This document shows, piece by piece, positions 49,647-59,989 of a stretch of DNA of 64,000 nt. The notes under the pieces are model-generated. The model saw nothing but the letters and a program-made list of their open reading frames with translations, ran no database searches and was not told where the DNA came from. Positions within the stretch are counted from its first letter, which is position 1, and every line of letters starts with the position of its first letter. Position numbers and translations under genes: made by a program. The DNA lies in NCBI GenBank assembly GCA_963749155.1, contig CAVVLO010000001.1, positions 736,001 to 800,000 on the forward strand, in the 5' to 3' direction. This stretch comes from an uncultured Armatimonadia bacterium (GTDB lineage Bacteria; Armatimonadota; Zipacnadia; CAVVLO01).

Positions 49647-51304
49647 ATGACCTTTCAACGCGGCGAGATACGCTGGGCGATAGTGCTTTGCCTGGGCCTT
49701 GTAGTTGCCCTCTACATACCTTATATTCCGGCTGGATGATGACCCCTCCTGGTTATCATTATGTCTGGGAGGTCTACAACGCCGATGAGGCGGCCGTCTA
49801 CGATGCCTGGATGTATCAGGCGATGGAAGGCCGCTGGATTTTCGCCGACCTCTTCACTACCGAGCCCCAGCGCCCCCATTTCTTCAACGTTTTCCACCTG
49901 TTTTGGGGGAAGTTCTCCGGTTTGATATTCCCTGCCTCAGCCAGAGAAGGTGTCCCCACGGCGGTGCAGTATGGGGCGCATTTTGTGCGGCTGTTCTCCA
50001 ATCTCTTCTTCTTTGCGGTAGCCTACTGGTTTGTCAGTCTCTTCTTCCTTGAGGTCCGCTGGCGAAGGATCGCCTTCTTTGCACTGGCTTTCTTCGGTGG
50101 ACTGGGCTGGTTGATCAAGCCAGTAGCCGAAATGATGGGCTTTGGTGAAGGCAAGGCGGTCTATTATCTACCTGTAGATGTCTCCCCAGGGCTGTTGATG
50201 CCTGAAGCTACGACCTTTATGTGCCTTCTGGCAAGACCGTTATTTGCTTTCTCAATGGGCCTGGTGATGCTTGTCCTCGGCGGGCTCTATCTTTCTTATT
50301 CTACCGAGAGCTGGAAGCCAGCTTTCCTGGCGGCTGGCGCCGCTTTGCTGCTGGGTAATGTCCATACGTATGACCTGGTGCCTTTGATGGTTATTACGGT
50401 GCTTTTCTTCTTGCTTCGTTGGCGGATAGAGCGCAAGATTGTGCTAGCAAACTTATACAAAACTATACTTATTCTGGCTGCTTGCCTGCCTGGCCTGCTC
50501 TATGCGGCTTTCGTTTTTTCTCTTGACCCCATCTGGCGCGCGAAGGCTGAAACAGGCACTCCCTCTCCTCCCATACTGGCTTATATACTGACTTATCTGG
50601 TGTCGTTGCTGCTGACAGTTGTGGTGTTGGTGCGCTGGCGCGCCTCAGCAAAATGGCAACTGCTGTTGCTTTCGGTACCTGTGGTTTTGCTGCTGGCTTA
50701 TTTACCGGTGTCGTTCCAGCGCAAGCTGATTGAGGTCTTGCCTCCCATACTGGCTGTGCTTTCGGTCGGCGGTCTGATGGCTTTGTGGGATCGGTGGGAG
50801 CGGTCAAATCCTCACCCCGCCATGCTGACGGCCTTAGTAGTTATTTTCTTTGGTCTGATTACCCCGAGCGGACTGGTTAATCTGGCCCACACCTTCGCTT
50901 TGTACAGCCAGGGAGGTATGCCAACAGGGCTACCTCCTTACTATATGAGCTCCGGTCAGTTCGATACGCTGTTCGCGCTCCGGGAGAATACCAGGGGAGG
51001 CGGCGCAGTGCTTGCCGACCCTATGCTTTCGGCTTATGTGCCCGGCCACACTGGGCTCGCGGTCTATGTAGGCCACTGGGCTGAGACTCTGGAGTTCGGA
51101 CGCAAGTTCAATGTGTGGAAACGTTTCTGGGAAGCCAATATCTCGTCTGCAAAACGTAAAGAGTTTTGCAAGAAACATGGTATCCGGTTCCTCGTTGTAG
51201 GCCCTTCGGAGAACTACCTGTGTAAAGGACGACCGCCAATCCAGGACATAGCCTATCCAATTGGCACCTTCGAGGACCATAGTCTGTGGGTGGTAAAGCC
51301 GTGA
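49647..51304 (+). CDS. Polytopic membrane protein, probable GT-C fold glycosyltransferase; 1-nt indel at ~49727
   Basis: ATG 49647 gives MTFQRGEIRWAIVLCLGLVVALYIPY, then the shifted frame GWMMTPPG...NADEAAVYDAWMYQ...FTTEP (acidic first loop), HTYD, many TMs and a periplasmic tail VYVGHWAET. Confidence 0.65.
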
Positions 51305-53697
51305 GGTCACCCGAAGTCGCGCGCAGAGGGCTGGCCTGGACACGCCATGCTGGGCCCGTGTTGTTGCTATGGCTGGTCGCGGCGCTCTATCTGGCGCCTT
51401 CTCTCCTCCTGGGCAGAGTGCCTTTGCCGGCTGATGTATTATTGCTGCAACCGCCATGGAGCGCGTATGCGGAGCAATTTGGCTGGTTTGAGAAAGTACA
51501 CAATCCAGTCCTTGATGTGATTGAGCAGTATTATCCCTGGCGCGCTTTCGCAGGGCAGGAACTGGCCAATGGTCGAGTTCCTCTGTGGAATCCGCAAGTC
51601 CTTTGTGGCGCGCCTTTCCTCGCGACGGGTCAGTCGGCCTTGCTGTATCCCTTCACCTGGCTTTTCGCGCTGGACCGTGGCCCCGCGGCCTGGGGACTCT
51701 ATCTCTGGCTGCATCTTGGCCTGGCCGCAAGCTTTGCGTATGCGCTTGCCACTTCACTTGCCAGATCGCGAGCGGCGGCCGTCACGACAGGCTTAGTGTT
51801 CGCCTTTTCTGGTTTCTTCCTGGCATGGCTTGAATATCTCACTTTCCTGAGCTCCGGCTTGTGGCTTGTTTGCGCGCTTTGGGCCTGGGAACGCACTCGC
51901 GGTGGCCACTTGCGCTATCTGCCTCTCCTCGGGCTTGCCCTTGGATTATCGGTGCTGGCAGGCCATCTGCAGGTGGCGGCTTATGTCTGGGGCGCGCTCG
52001 TAGTCTGGGCTATATTGCGCGAATTTGAACGCGCGCCTCGCGCCTGGGGCCGCGCGGCAGGCTTGCTCGGAGCCGCCTTTGGGCTGGGCGCCTTGCTTTC
52101 CGCAGGTCAGTGGTTGCCCACAGTGGAGCTTGCGCTTGCCAGTGCCCGTGCCGGTACGGTCACTGCGGCCCAGGTCTGGGGCAACAGCCTGCCCTTCGGT
52201 CACCTGGCGGCGCTGCTGGTTCCTTTCTTCTTCGGCGACAACTACATACAGGGCGCCTATTGGGGCCACTTCAATTTCATAGAAACCTGCGGTTATGTCG
52301 GCATCCCGACTTTGCTGCTTGCCGGCCTTGCCCTGGGGGCCTGGAAACGGATGCCAGCTCCGGGACGCCTCCCAGCGCTCGTGCTGGCTGGGTTTGGCTT
52401 CCTGTGGGCTTTCCGCACAGGGCTTGCGCTGTTGTTTTTCTGGACGCTGCCTGGCTTTGGGCAGCTACCAAATGTTGGCAGAGCGCTCTTCCTCTTCTGT
52501 TTTGGGATGGCTATCCTCGCCGGGGCAGGCCTTGATTGCCTGGGCGCTTTCACTGAAGCTCGCGCCAAACGCGCGGCGCTCTGGTGGTTCGCGGCCCTTG
52601 GAGTCACGCTTGGAGCCTGCTGGATTGCACTTCAGCTTTCACCTTTTGCCAGCGCGGCAGACTTGCCTGCCTCGCCTGAGCGAGATACCGCGCTTGCCAC
52701 CTTCCAGCTTGGTCTGAAGGGGCTTGGCCTGGCGGTGCTCAGCGCGCTGGGGGCTGGCCTTCTCTTGTTAGTAGCCTCAAACAGGGAGCGTCGCCCTTTT
52801 GCTGTCACGGGACTAGTGTTTTTGCTGGCAGTTGACCTTGCGGCCTTTGGGGCCAGACTCAATCCCCAGCTCCCCGCGGAGTTGCTTGGCATCCAGCCCA
52901 GTATAATGGAAACCCTTGGCAACGCTGCGCCAGGCCAGCGTATATGGTCTTTTGGGCCTGGCTTAAGGCAACTGCGACCCAACCTGGGGATGACTCTTGG
53001 GCTTGAAGATGTCCGAGGTTACGATTCACTTTATCCAGGCCAGTATGCGCCAGTCCTTGCCCAGCTCGACAAGGTAGAGAGCACCGAAGCCGCCCTCAAG
53101 CGTTTGCCCCTGTTGCGCGCCCTCGGAGTCGAGTGGCTTATTACCACCGAGCCTGTCCTTTCTGCCGACCTGATCGCACTCGGCAAGCCTGACGCTTTTC
53201 TGTATCAGTTGCGCAGCACTAGCCCCTTTGCCTATTGCACTAACGACCTGCAGACAGCTTCTCAGGAATCTGCTCTCGAGCAACTGCTTGCAGGCCAGAC
53301 ACCTGGGAAGATTATCCTGGCGGAAAGTGCTAGTCTTGCGCCGCAGACTGGTCTTGCGCCGCAGACTGGTCTTGCGCCGTCACTTTCTTCGGGTACAGCG
53401 GTCGAAAGACCTTCGACTGATCTGCTCCTGGTAAAGACCTATACTGATGCGCCTGCCTGGTTGGTCATGTTGAACCAGCACTGCCCCGGCTGGCAAGCCT
53501 GGCTGGATGGGCAATCGATCTCCCTTGCGCGCGCCAATGCACTTTTCCAGGCCGTGCGGCTCGAGCAGCCTGGAAACCACAAGCTGCAACTGGCTTACCG
53601 ACCTGATTCTTTCCGCCTGGGCCTCTATCTCAGCCTGACGGGACTCTTTCTTCTCGCCTTGCTAGCTGGCGCCTTGCGTCCTCGATCTGCCCTTTGA
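51301..53697 (+). CDS. YfhO-family GT-C membrane protein
   Basis: DVIEQYYPWR, PLWNPQVLCGAPFLA..QSALLYP, LAGHLQ, QWLP..EL, GYDS, PGWQAWLDG...RANALFQAV, YRP.SF..G; GTGA overlap with the upstream gene. Confidence 0.85.
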   Translation: MRSPEVARRGLAWTRHAGPVLLLWLVAALYLAPSLLLGRVPLPADVLLLQPPWSAYAEQFGWFEKVHNPVLDVIEQYYPWRAFAGQELANGRVPLWNPQVLCGAPFLATGQSALLYPFTWLFALDRGPAAWGLYLWLHLGLAASFAYALATSLARSRAAAVTTGLVFAFSGFFLAWLEYLTFLSSGLWLVCALWAWERTRGGHLRYLPLLGLALGLSVLAGHLQVAAYVWGALVVWAILREFERAPRAWGRAAGLLGAAFGLGALLSAGQWLPTVELALASARAGTVTAAQVWGNSLPFGHLAALLVPFFFGDNYIQGAYWGHFNFIETCGYVGIPTLLLAGLALGAWKRMPAPGRLPALVLAGFGFLWAFRTGLALLFFWTLPGFGQLPNVGRALFLFCFGMAILAGAGLDCLGAFTEARAKRAALWWFAALGVTLGACWIALQLSPFASAADLPASPERDTALATFQLGLKGLGLAVLSALGAGLLLLVASNRERRPFAVTGLVFLLAVDLAAFGARLNPQLPAELLGIQPSIMETLGNAAPGQRIWSFGPGLRQLRPNLGMTLGLEDVRGYDSLYPGQYAPVLAQLDKVESTEAALKRLPLLRALGVEWLITTEPVLSADLIALGKPDAFLYQLRSTSPFAYCTNDLQTASQESALEQLLAGQTPGKIILAESASLAPQTGLAPQTGLAPSLSSGTAVERPSTDLLLVKTYTDAPAWLVMLNQHCPGWQAWLDGQSISLARANALFQAVRLEQPGNHKLQLAYRPDSFRLGLYLSLTGLFLLALLAGALRPRSAL
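53333..53379 (+). repeat. In-frame 18-bp tandem repeat, 2.6 copies
   Basis: GTCTTGCGCCGCAGACTG x2 plus GTCTTGCGCCG; encodes (S/G)LAPQT. Confidence 0.9.
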
Positions 53698-53714
53698 GTT
53701 GGCCCTCCGACTTG

Positions 53715-53723
53715 TGTTATAAT
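53715..53723 (+). promoter_or_regulatory. Extended -10 promoter element
   Basis: TGTTATAAT upstream of the DUF151 gene. Confidence 0.55.
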
Positions 53724-53757
53724 GCGCCCGCTCCAACGAGCAGGTGAGGGAGAGAGG

Positions 53758-54246
53758 ATGCGCAAGGTTTTCCTGGCCAGTGTTAGCAGGAGCAAGACCC
53801 GCAAATGGGCTGTCGTGCTGAAGGATGAGCGCGAGGGAGTGGCAATTGCCGTGCCCTTGCGCGCCAGCGAGGCCGAAGCCATCGCCACCGGATTAGCTCT
53901 CGAAGACCCAGAGCCGCCGCATATCCATGACTTGTTCCTCGAGACTCTCGATGCCATTGGGGCTGAACTGGTCAAAGTTATCCTGTTCGATGTTACGCCC
54001 AAGGGCCAGTTCAAGGCTCGGATAGAACTCGAGGCCGGAGAACAGACCCTTGTTCTGCCTGCCTCTGCCAGTGATGCTATAGCGTTGGCCGTGCGCACCG
54101 AGGCTGATATTTATGTCACACCCCAGGTACTCGCGCGCGCCGGTCAGCCTGTAAAGATCAAAGACACCGAAGACGCCTCCCGCTTTCAGGAGTTGCTGGG
54201 CGACCTCGCCTATCAGGAAGAGGACGCTGCCGGAGAAAACGAATAA
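53758..54246 (+). CDS. Bifunctional nuclease (DUF151) family protein
   Basis: VVLKD, EAEAIA, HDLF, F.ARI, SDAIALAVR...IYV...VL..AG. Confidence 0.8.
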   Translation: MRKVFLASVSRSKTRKWAVVLKDEREGVAIAVPLRASEAEAIATGLALEDPEPPHIHDLFLETLDAIGAELVKVILFDVTPKGQFKARIELEAGEQTLVLPASASDAIALAVRTEADIYVTPQVLARAGQPVKIKDTEDASRFQELLGDLAYQEEDAAGENE

Positions 54247-54294
54247 CCAGTCTCTCCCCTCAAGCGGAGCAAGTCACCTAAGGAGCCTTCTCAC

Positions 54295-57237
54295 GTGGAA
54301 TCCAGAACTCCCGCCAAGCTGTTGCGAGGCCTGCTGCTCGTAGTTGTGCTCTGTATAATTGCGCTCGGTACCGCCGCGCGCACCTATACAGATGCCCTGT
54401 GGTTCTCCTCGCTCGGGCTATTGCCCGTTTTCCTGACGAAGCTGTATGCGCGGCTTGCTTTGCTAGTTGCCGTCGCCCTGATTGCAACTTTGTTCATCTG
54501 GCTAAACGTTCGGTTTGTCAAGCGCCAGACGACCAGCAAGGTCGAACTGCTAGGTCGCCGGTTGCTGCAGCCAGGCGAACGCGCAATGATAGATCGGTAT
54601 TACCTCAAACTCAGATTCTGGTTCTGCCTTGCTGCGGGCATAATTGCCGGACTGATGGCGGCCTCCCGGTGGCAGGACGCGCTGCTCTTCTTCAACAGCG
54701 TAGCGGTGGGGAAGACCGATCCGATATTCAACCTTGATCTGGCCTTCTACCTTTTCAAGTTCCGCTTCTGGTATTTCCTGGCGAGTTCCTTCTATATGCT
54801 CAGCCTTGGTACGCTCCTCTTTACTGCGCTGCTGCACATCTACGAGGAGAACATACGCTTTGTCACCAGCCGTCCGAACGTTTCGGCCCAGGCCCGAGGA
54901 CAACTAGGCTTCCTCTTCGGCTGCCTGCTGATTGGTAAAGCGGCCACCTACTGGCTCAAGCGTTATGTGTATCTCTATCCCCACGCCGATGTCACCAGCG
55001 GCGCCACCTGGGTGGATGCACATATCGGGATCCCTGTAACCGGTCTGCTTGCCATACTGGCTTTGCTGGTCGGATTGCTTTTTATGCTGAGCGGGAAGCC
55101 CAACCTCACCCGCCCAGCCTTCATCGGGCTTATTCTGTTGATTACAGTCTCGATTGTCGGTAAATCGATCGCTCCAGCGATTATGCAGCGTTTCACTGTG
55201 GCGCCGAACGAACTTGCCAGGGAAGAACAATATATCAAGCATGGCATCGAGGCCACCCGCACTGCCTTCGGCCTGGACAAGTTTGATGCTGCAGCCTTCC
55301 CTGCCGAGATGAGTCTCACCGCGGGCGATCTCGATAGCAATGTGGATACACTGCGCAACGTGCGGCTTTGGGCAGACGAACCAGCGTTGCAGGTCTATAA
55401 CCAGCTCCAGGAGATTCGCACTTACTACAGCTTCCCGGATATTGACTCGGACAGGTATGACTTGCCAGGTCACGGCTATCGCCAGGTGCTGGTTTCGGCT
55501 CGCGAGATGAACAGCACCGAGCTACGCAAGGAAGCGCGTGAACTCTGGGTAAACAAGCATCTGGTTTACACCCACGGGTATGGCCTGTGCATCAGCCCAG
55601 TCAACGTTGTGCGAGGCGAGGAAGGCTCTGACAGCGAGGGACTACCAGCTTTCTGGTCAAAAGACATCCCCTCCATCACCGAACCTGGGCTTGAGCTGAA
55701 GGAACCTCGTATCTATTACGGTGAAGGTTTTAGCGGCAGGCTCTACGAGCAGGTGATGAATAACCAGCAGGCTCCTATGGCCTCGCCGATGGCGGGTCCA
55801 GAGGGGATGAACCCAATGCAGCAGCAGATGCCGCAGACGGCGCCCCCTCGTCCCTTCACCCCTGTTGATAGTCTGTATTACCTGGTCACAAATACAAAGC
55901 AGCCGGAGTTCGATTATCCTGAAGAAGACGTAAAAACCCCTTTGCCCGAAGGCACAGTGGCTGATGAAGATGGCATATATGGCCATTACCAGGGCACGGG
56001 AGGTATCCTGCTTGATTCCTTCCTCAAGCGGCTGGCGTTTGCCATCCGGTTCACCGACGTCAACTTGCTGCTGTCAGGTTACATTACTCCCGAAAGCCGG
56101 CTGATGATGTATCGGGCGGTGCGAGAGCGAGCCGAGATGGCCGCGCCCTTCCTGACCTACGATGCCGATGCTTATCCGGTCATAGCCGATGGCAAAATCT
56201 ACTGGATGATAGACGGTTATGCGACGAGTCTCTTCTACCCTTACTCGTCGGTCTATTCGCGGCTATTCAACTATATCCGCAACTCGGTGAAGGTTGTCAG
56301 TTCGGCTCACGAGGGCGAGTTGAACTTCTATGTGATAGATAGCGAAGATCCGGTTACCAAGGTCTGGAGGAAGATCTACCCGTCTCTCTTCAAGCCCTAC
56401 GAGCAGATGCCCGAAGGACTGAAGAGCCACATCCGGTATCCCAAGGGGTTGTTCCAGGCGCAGGCGAGTATGTACCGCCTGTACCATATGACGAGTCCCT
56501 CCCAGTTCTATTCAAAAGAAGACGCCTGGGAGTTCCCCCAGCAGCAATTTGCAGACAACTGGACGGTGATGGAGCCTCATTATCTGATAATGAAGTTGCC
56601 TGGCCGGCCCAAAGCCGAATTTATGCTACTTATGCCTTTCACGCCAGCCAGCAAGGAAAATATGATCGGCTGGATGGCCGCCCACTGTGACTGGCCAGAG
56701 TATGGGAATGTGACCGTGTTCAAGTTCCCCAAGAGCAAGAACACTTATGGCCCGCGCCAGGTTGAAAATCGTATTCAACAGAATACCGATATCGCCCAGG
56801 CCTTCACCCTGTGGAAGAACCAGAACACCAAGGTCATCCGGGGCGACCTGCAGGTCATACCAATTGACAAGAGCGTCCTCTATGTCGAGCCGGTCTATAT
56901 AGTGGCTGCCGAACAAGGCTTGCCCGAGCTCAAGCGCATCATCGTGGCTTACGGAGATGAAGGCGAGAACATCGCTATGGCGCCGACGCTGGCCGATGCT
57001 TTGCGGCAGATCTTCGGGGCCGGCAAGAAGCCTGATCGTGTAGCACCCTCCGCTGCAACAAGCCCCACCCAGACGTCTGCGGTTTCACCGCAGACAGATG
57101 CCCTGATAATTGAGGCTGCAAACGCCTACGAGAAAGCCGAGGCCGCAAGCCGCGCAGGTGACTGGAAGACCTTCGGCGATGAGATGGCAAAGCTGAAGAA
57201 CGCGCTCAAGCAACTGGAGGCACAGCGCAAGCAGTAG
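54295..57237 (+). CDS. UPF0182 family membrane protein
   Basis: YTDALWF.SLG, DPIFNLDLAFY, PNELARE..YI...I.ATR.AFG, NVRLW, QEIRTYY.F, DRY, YTHGYG, PRIYYGE, NYIRNSVK, GP.QV, LYVEPVY, PELKRIIV. Confidence 0.95.
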   Translation: MESRTPAKLLRGLLLVVVLCIIALGTAARTYTDALWFSSLGLLPVFLTKLYARLALLVAVALIATLFIWLNVRFVKRQTTSKVELLGRRLLQPGERAMIDRYYLKLRFWFCLAAGIIAGLMAASRWQDALLFFNSVAVGKTDPIFNLDLAFYLFKFRFWYFLASSFYMLSLGTLLFTALLHIYEENIRFVTSRPNVSAQARGQLGFLFGCLLIGKAATYWLKRYVYLYPHADVTSGATWVDAHIGIPVTGLLAILALLVGLLFMLSGKPNLTRPAFIGLILLITVSIVGKSIAPAIMQRFTVAPNELAREEQYIKHGIEATRTAFGLDKFDAAAFPAEMSLTAGDLDSNVDTLRNVRLWADEPALQVYNQLQEIRTYYSFPDIDSDRYDLPGHGYRQVLVSAREMNSTELRKEARELWVNKHLVYTHGYGLCISPVNVVRGEEGSDSEGLPAFWSKDIPSITEPGLELKEPRIYYGEGFSGRLYEQVMNNQQAPMASPMAGPEGMNPMQQQMPQTAPPRPFTPVDSLYYLVTNTKQPEFDYPEEDVKTPLPEGTVADEDGIYGHYQGTGGILLDSFLKRLAFAIRFTDVNLLLSGYITPESRLMMYRAVRERAEMAAPFLTYDADAYPVIADGKIYWMIDGYATSLFYPYSSVYSRLFNYIRNSVKVVSSAHEGELNFYVIDSEDPVTKVWRKIYPSLFKPYEQMPEGLKSHIRYPKGLFQAQASMYRLYHMTSPSQFYSKEDAWEFPQQQFADNWTVMEPHYLIMKLPGRPKAEFMLLMPFTPASKENMIGWMAAHCDWPEYGNVTVFKFPKSKNTYGPRQVENRIQQNTDIAQAFTLWKNQNTKVIRGDLQVIPIDKSVLYVEPVYIVAAEQGLPELKRIIVAYGDEGENIAMAPTLADALRQIFGAGKKPDRVAPSAATSPTQTSAVSPQTDALIIEAANAYEKAEAASRAGDWKTFGDEMAKLKNALKQLEAQRKQ

Positions 57238-57261
57238 GCAACCCGGCTGATTCGCAAGTAG

Positions 57262-57292
57262 AAGGGCGCTCCCGAGGGAGCGCCCTTTTTTT
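57262..57292 (+). terminator. Intrinsic terminator
   Basis: AAGGGCGCTCCC-GA-GGGAGCGCCCTT followed by a T run. Confidence 0.9.
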
Positions 57293-57311
57293 CGGCTTGG
57301 TGAGAGAGCTG

Positions 57312-57821
57312 CTATTCTACGAAAAGCGCTTTCAGACTGGTAGCCTCGCGCGAGGTGATCAGTTCTCTCACTGCAGCCTCGCAGTAATCGCGCAGCACCG
57401 TCAGGCACTCATCATAAGACCAGGTGGAGCTGTCCATAGGATCAGGGACATTGGCAAGCGATCTGCAGGCATATTCCGGCAAGGTGAAAAGCTTGTCACG
57501 AGAAATCGGAAACTCGGTTGCGACAACGCGTTTCTGCCAACGGGTCATAGTGAGTATGACCCTCGCCCCTTCGATCGCCTCACTCGTCAACTGTCTTGCC
57601 TGATGGGTCACTGGTGGCAGCCCCGCGCGCGCCAGGGCTTCTACGGCTGCTTCGCCAAGTTCAGCGCCCTCGATTGCCGCAAGGCCTGCCGAGGTGGAGA
57701 TGAGATCAGCTTCGGGCGCCAGCCTTTCGGCTGCCTCCGCGAAGGCGCTCTCCGCCATTGGGCTGCGGATTACGTTACCACTGCACACGAATAATACTAG
57801 CACAGGCCGACCCAAGGCCAA
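57312..57821 (-). CDS. Low-molecular-weight protein Tyr/Arg phosphatase (YwlE/PtpA-like)
   Basis: LFVCSGNVIRSPMAE P-loop, SAG, HQARQLT, ILTMT, VPDP; TTG start with AGGAGG RBS. Confidence 0.85.
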   Translation of the reverse strand: MALGRPVLVLFVCSGNVIRSPMAESAFAEAAERLAPEADLISTSAGLAAIEGAELGEAAVEALARAGLPPVTHQARQLTSEAIEGARVILTMTRWQKRVVATEFPISRDKLFTLPEYACRSLANVPDPMDSSTWSYDECLTVLRDYCEAAVRELITSREATSLKALFVE

Positions 57822-57866
57822 CTCCCTCCTGGCGTTACTTCAGCAGAATGGGTGTAGTCCTCCCAC

Positions 57867-58400
57867 CTAGAAAAACCAGGTGAGTGAGAGGCGCGCCCCG
57901 CTCGCGTCCAGTCCTCTCCCACTGCCCAGGTCGCAGTAGTCGAGTTCTACAACTGCTGATTGACCGAGCAAGAGGCCCAGGCCGACTTCATAAGCGAAGT
58001 CAGTGCTTTTGTCTCCGATACCGTTTGCCTCGAAATCATTGAAGGAGATGCCAATCCCGCCGCCCCAGTAGAAGCTGTCACTCAGGGGTTCGCGCATACG
58101 GTACAGCACCGGGATCATCTTGGCCTCATAATGATTCAGGCCATCGTCGCCACTGCCCTTCATATAGTCAACGGTGACGGTGCGTTCGCCAAAGGGCAGC
58201 GGTATGGTAGCCCAGGGGGTAGGTACCCCTCCGGCGCCGTATTCCAGGCCGAAGAAAGTCCAGTTGTCGCTGATGAGATCAAGGTCAGAGCCCATCGGCT
58301 GGAACATGCCAACGCGCAGGCCCAGGTTGAGCGGTCCGGCTGAGGCCAGCCCTGCGGCAAGCACCAGTGCAAGCAGTGTAATCAGTAGAGCGGTTCTCAT
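57867..58400 (-). CDS. Small outer-membrane beta-barrel protein
   Basis: Signal peptide; alternating beta-strands (FYWGGGIGISF, FAYEVGLGL); C-terminal aromatic Bam-type signal LSLTWFF. Confidence 0.7.
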   Translation of the reverse strand: MRTALLITLLALVLAAGLASAGPLNLGLRVGMFQPMGSDLDLISDNWTFFGLEYGAGGVPTPWATIPLPFGERTVTVDYMKGSGDDGLNHYEAKMIPVLYRMREPLSDSFYWGGGIGISFNDFEANGIGDKSTDFAYEVGLGLLLGQSAVVELDYCDLGSGRGLDASGARLSLTWFF

Positions 58401-58469
58401 TTTATGCCTCCTTGTGCAAGGGCAATATATCCCCCTTTTGGGAAAGCGCCAACTTATGCGCCCCAAGGG

Positions 58470-59123
58470 CTAATCGAAATCGCCAACCAGCCTGGCGAGT
58501 TCCTCGAGGGAATGAGGCCCTCGGCGCACAAGGCGCGGGGGAGTCTGGGTCAAATCGAGTACAGTACTGGCCAGGCCGCGAGCAGGGGTGGAAGCCAGCC
58601 CAATCAAAGGCACTTTGCCTTGCCAAAGAGCGATTAGTTCTGCACTTGTGGCCGGTTCAGGCTGGCCTGATAGATTGGCACTGGTCAGTGCGATAGGCCC
58701 CTCAAAAGCCTTGGTCAGAGCCAGTGTAAAATCAAAATCTGGCACTCTGAGTCCCAGTTTGGGCGTGCAGAGCGGTGCGGCAAGGTCGGCTTCAGGAGAA
58801 CGCTGGACAAGCAGGGTGAAAGCACCCGGCAGCAATCTGCGCGCAAGCAGTAGCGAGCGTTCTGCGGGAGGCGTCAGGCCTACCTGCCAGGCGTATTCAG
58901 CACTCGGAAGAAGCAAGGCGAAAGGCTTGTGCTCTTCCCGACCTTTCAGTTCGAAGAGCTGCTGCACCGCCTTGGACGAGCGCGCATCGGCTGCCAGTCC
59001 ATATACGGTGTCGGTGGGGAAGACAACCACCTGGCCCTTTGCCAGCCTCGTCGCCGCCAGCCTTGCAACTCTGACAACGGACGCAGGGCTGTCCAGTTGC
59101 TTGATAAGGGTCCTCATATCCAC
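58470..59123 (-). CDS. tsaC: L-threonylcarbamoyladenylate synthase (YrdC domain only)
   Basis: FPTDTVYGLAAD, LKGR...KP, PGAFT, GLRVP, TSANLSG, STVLD. Confidence 0.92.
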   Translation of the reverse strand: MDMRTLIKQLDSPASVVRVARLAATRLAKGQVVVFPTDTVYGLAADARSSKAVQQLFELKGREEHKPFALLLPSAEYAWQVGLTPPAERSLLLARRLLPGAFTLLVQRSPEADLAAPLCTPKLGLRVPDFDFTLALTKAFEGPIALTSANLSGQPEPATSAELIALWQGKVPLIGLASTPARGLASTVLDLTQTPPRLVRRGPHSLEELARLVGDFD

Positions 59124-59989
59124 CTGGCCACCAGCGCGCGAGGGATGCCTGCCAAATCGGGAAGGACCGCTTCCACGGCAAGGCCTGCTTGCCCAGCAAG
59201 CCTGCGATAGAGCTCTTCCTGGCCAAAACCCATCTCCAGTATCAGTGAGCCACCTGGCAGCAGCCGTGTGGATGCCTCTTGAAAGAAGCGCAAAAGAAAG
59301 TCTTCAACCGGTATGGGAGGCGTTAGCGCCATAAGAGGTTCCTGATTGCGCACATGCCCTGGCAATTTGAGCAAATCGTCAGGCTCAACATAAGGTGGAT
59401 TTGACACGATAGCCGCAAAAGTCGGCCTGGCGGCAAAGGACGACAGCAGGTCTGCCTGGAGGAAGTGGATCTGTTCTGCCACGCCATGCCGCGCCGCGTT
59501 GCGCCGGGCGACTTCGAGCGCCTCTTTTGAGAGGTCTGTTGCGATGACATGCCGGGCTGAAGCCTCAAGGGCCAGGCACACTGCCACGATGCCAGAGCCA
59601 GTCCCAATGTCCACCAAAGGGCCCGCCGGAGTAGAGGAAAGCGCTGCAAGGGTCGCTTCAACCAGCAGTTCGGTTTCCGGACGTGGAATAAGCACTGCGG
59701 GGGTAACCTCGAACTCAAGCCCGTAGAACTCTCGCCGGCCTGTGAGATAAGGAAGAGGCACCCCTGAGGCGACCTGGGCCACGGCCTCAAGGAAAACTTT
59801 TACAAGTTCGGGGGCAAGTTCAGCATCAGGCTCGGCCAGTTGGGCCTCCAGTGAGATGCCAGCGAAATGAGCAAGCACCAGCCTGGCCAGGCGACTTGGA
59901 GCCCCCTGCTCAGAGCCTGCCAGGCGCTCGGTGGCAAGCGCGATCGCCTGACGCCTGGTCAGTGGCTCAGTTGCTGCCCTCGGCTTCAC
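59114..59989 (-). CDS. prmC: Release factor glutamine methyltransferase (start uncertain)
   Basis: PLPYLTG.REFYG, VLIPRPETE, DIGTGSG, VSNPPY, DLAG..R. Confidence 0.93.
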   Translation of the reverse strand: MKPRAATEPLTRRQAIALATERLAGSEQGAPSRLARLVLAHFAGISLEAQLAEPDAELAPELVKVFLEAVAQVASGVPLPYLTGRREFYGLEFEVTPAVLIPRPETELLVEATLAALSSTPAGPLVDIGTGSGIVAVCLALEASARHVIATDLSKEALEVARRNAARHGVAEQIHFLQADLLSSFAARPTFAAIVSNPPYVEPDDLLKLPGHVRNQEPLMALTPPIPVEDFLLRFFQEASTRLLPGGSLILEMGFGQEELYRRLAGQAGLAVEAVLPDLAGIPRALVARWI

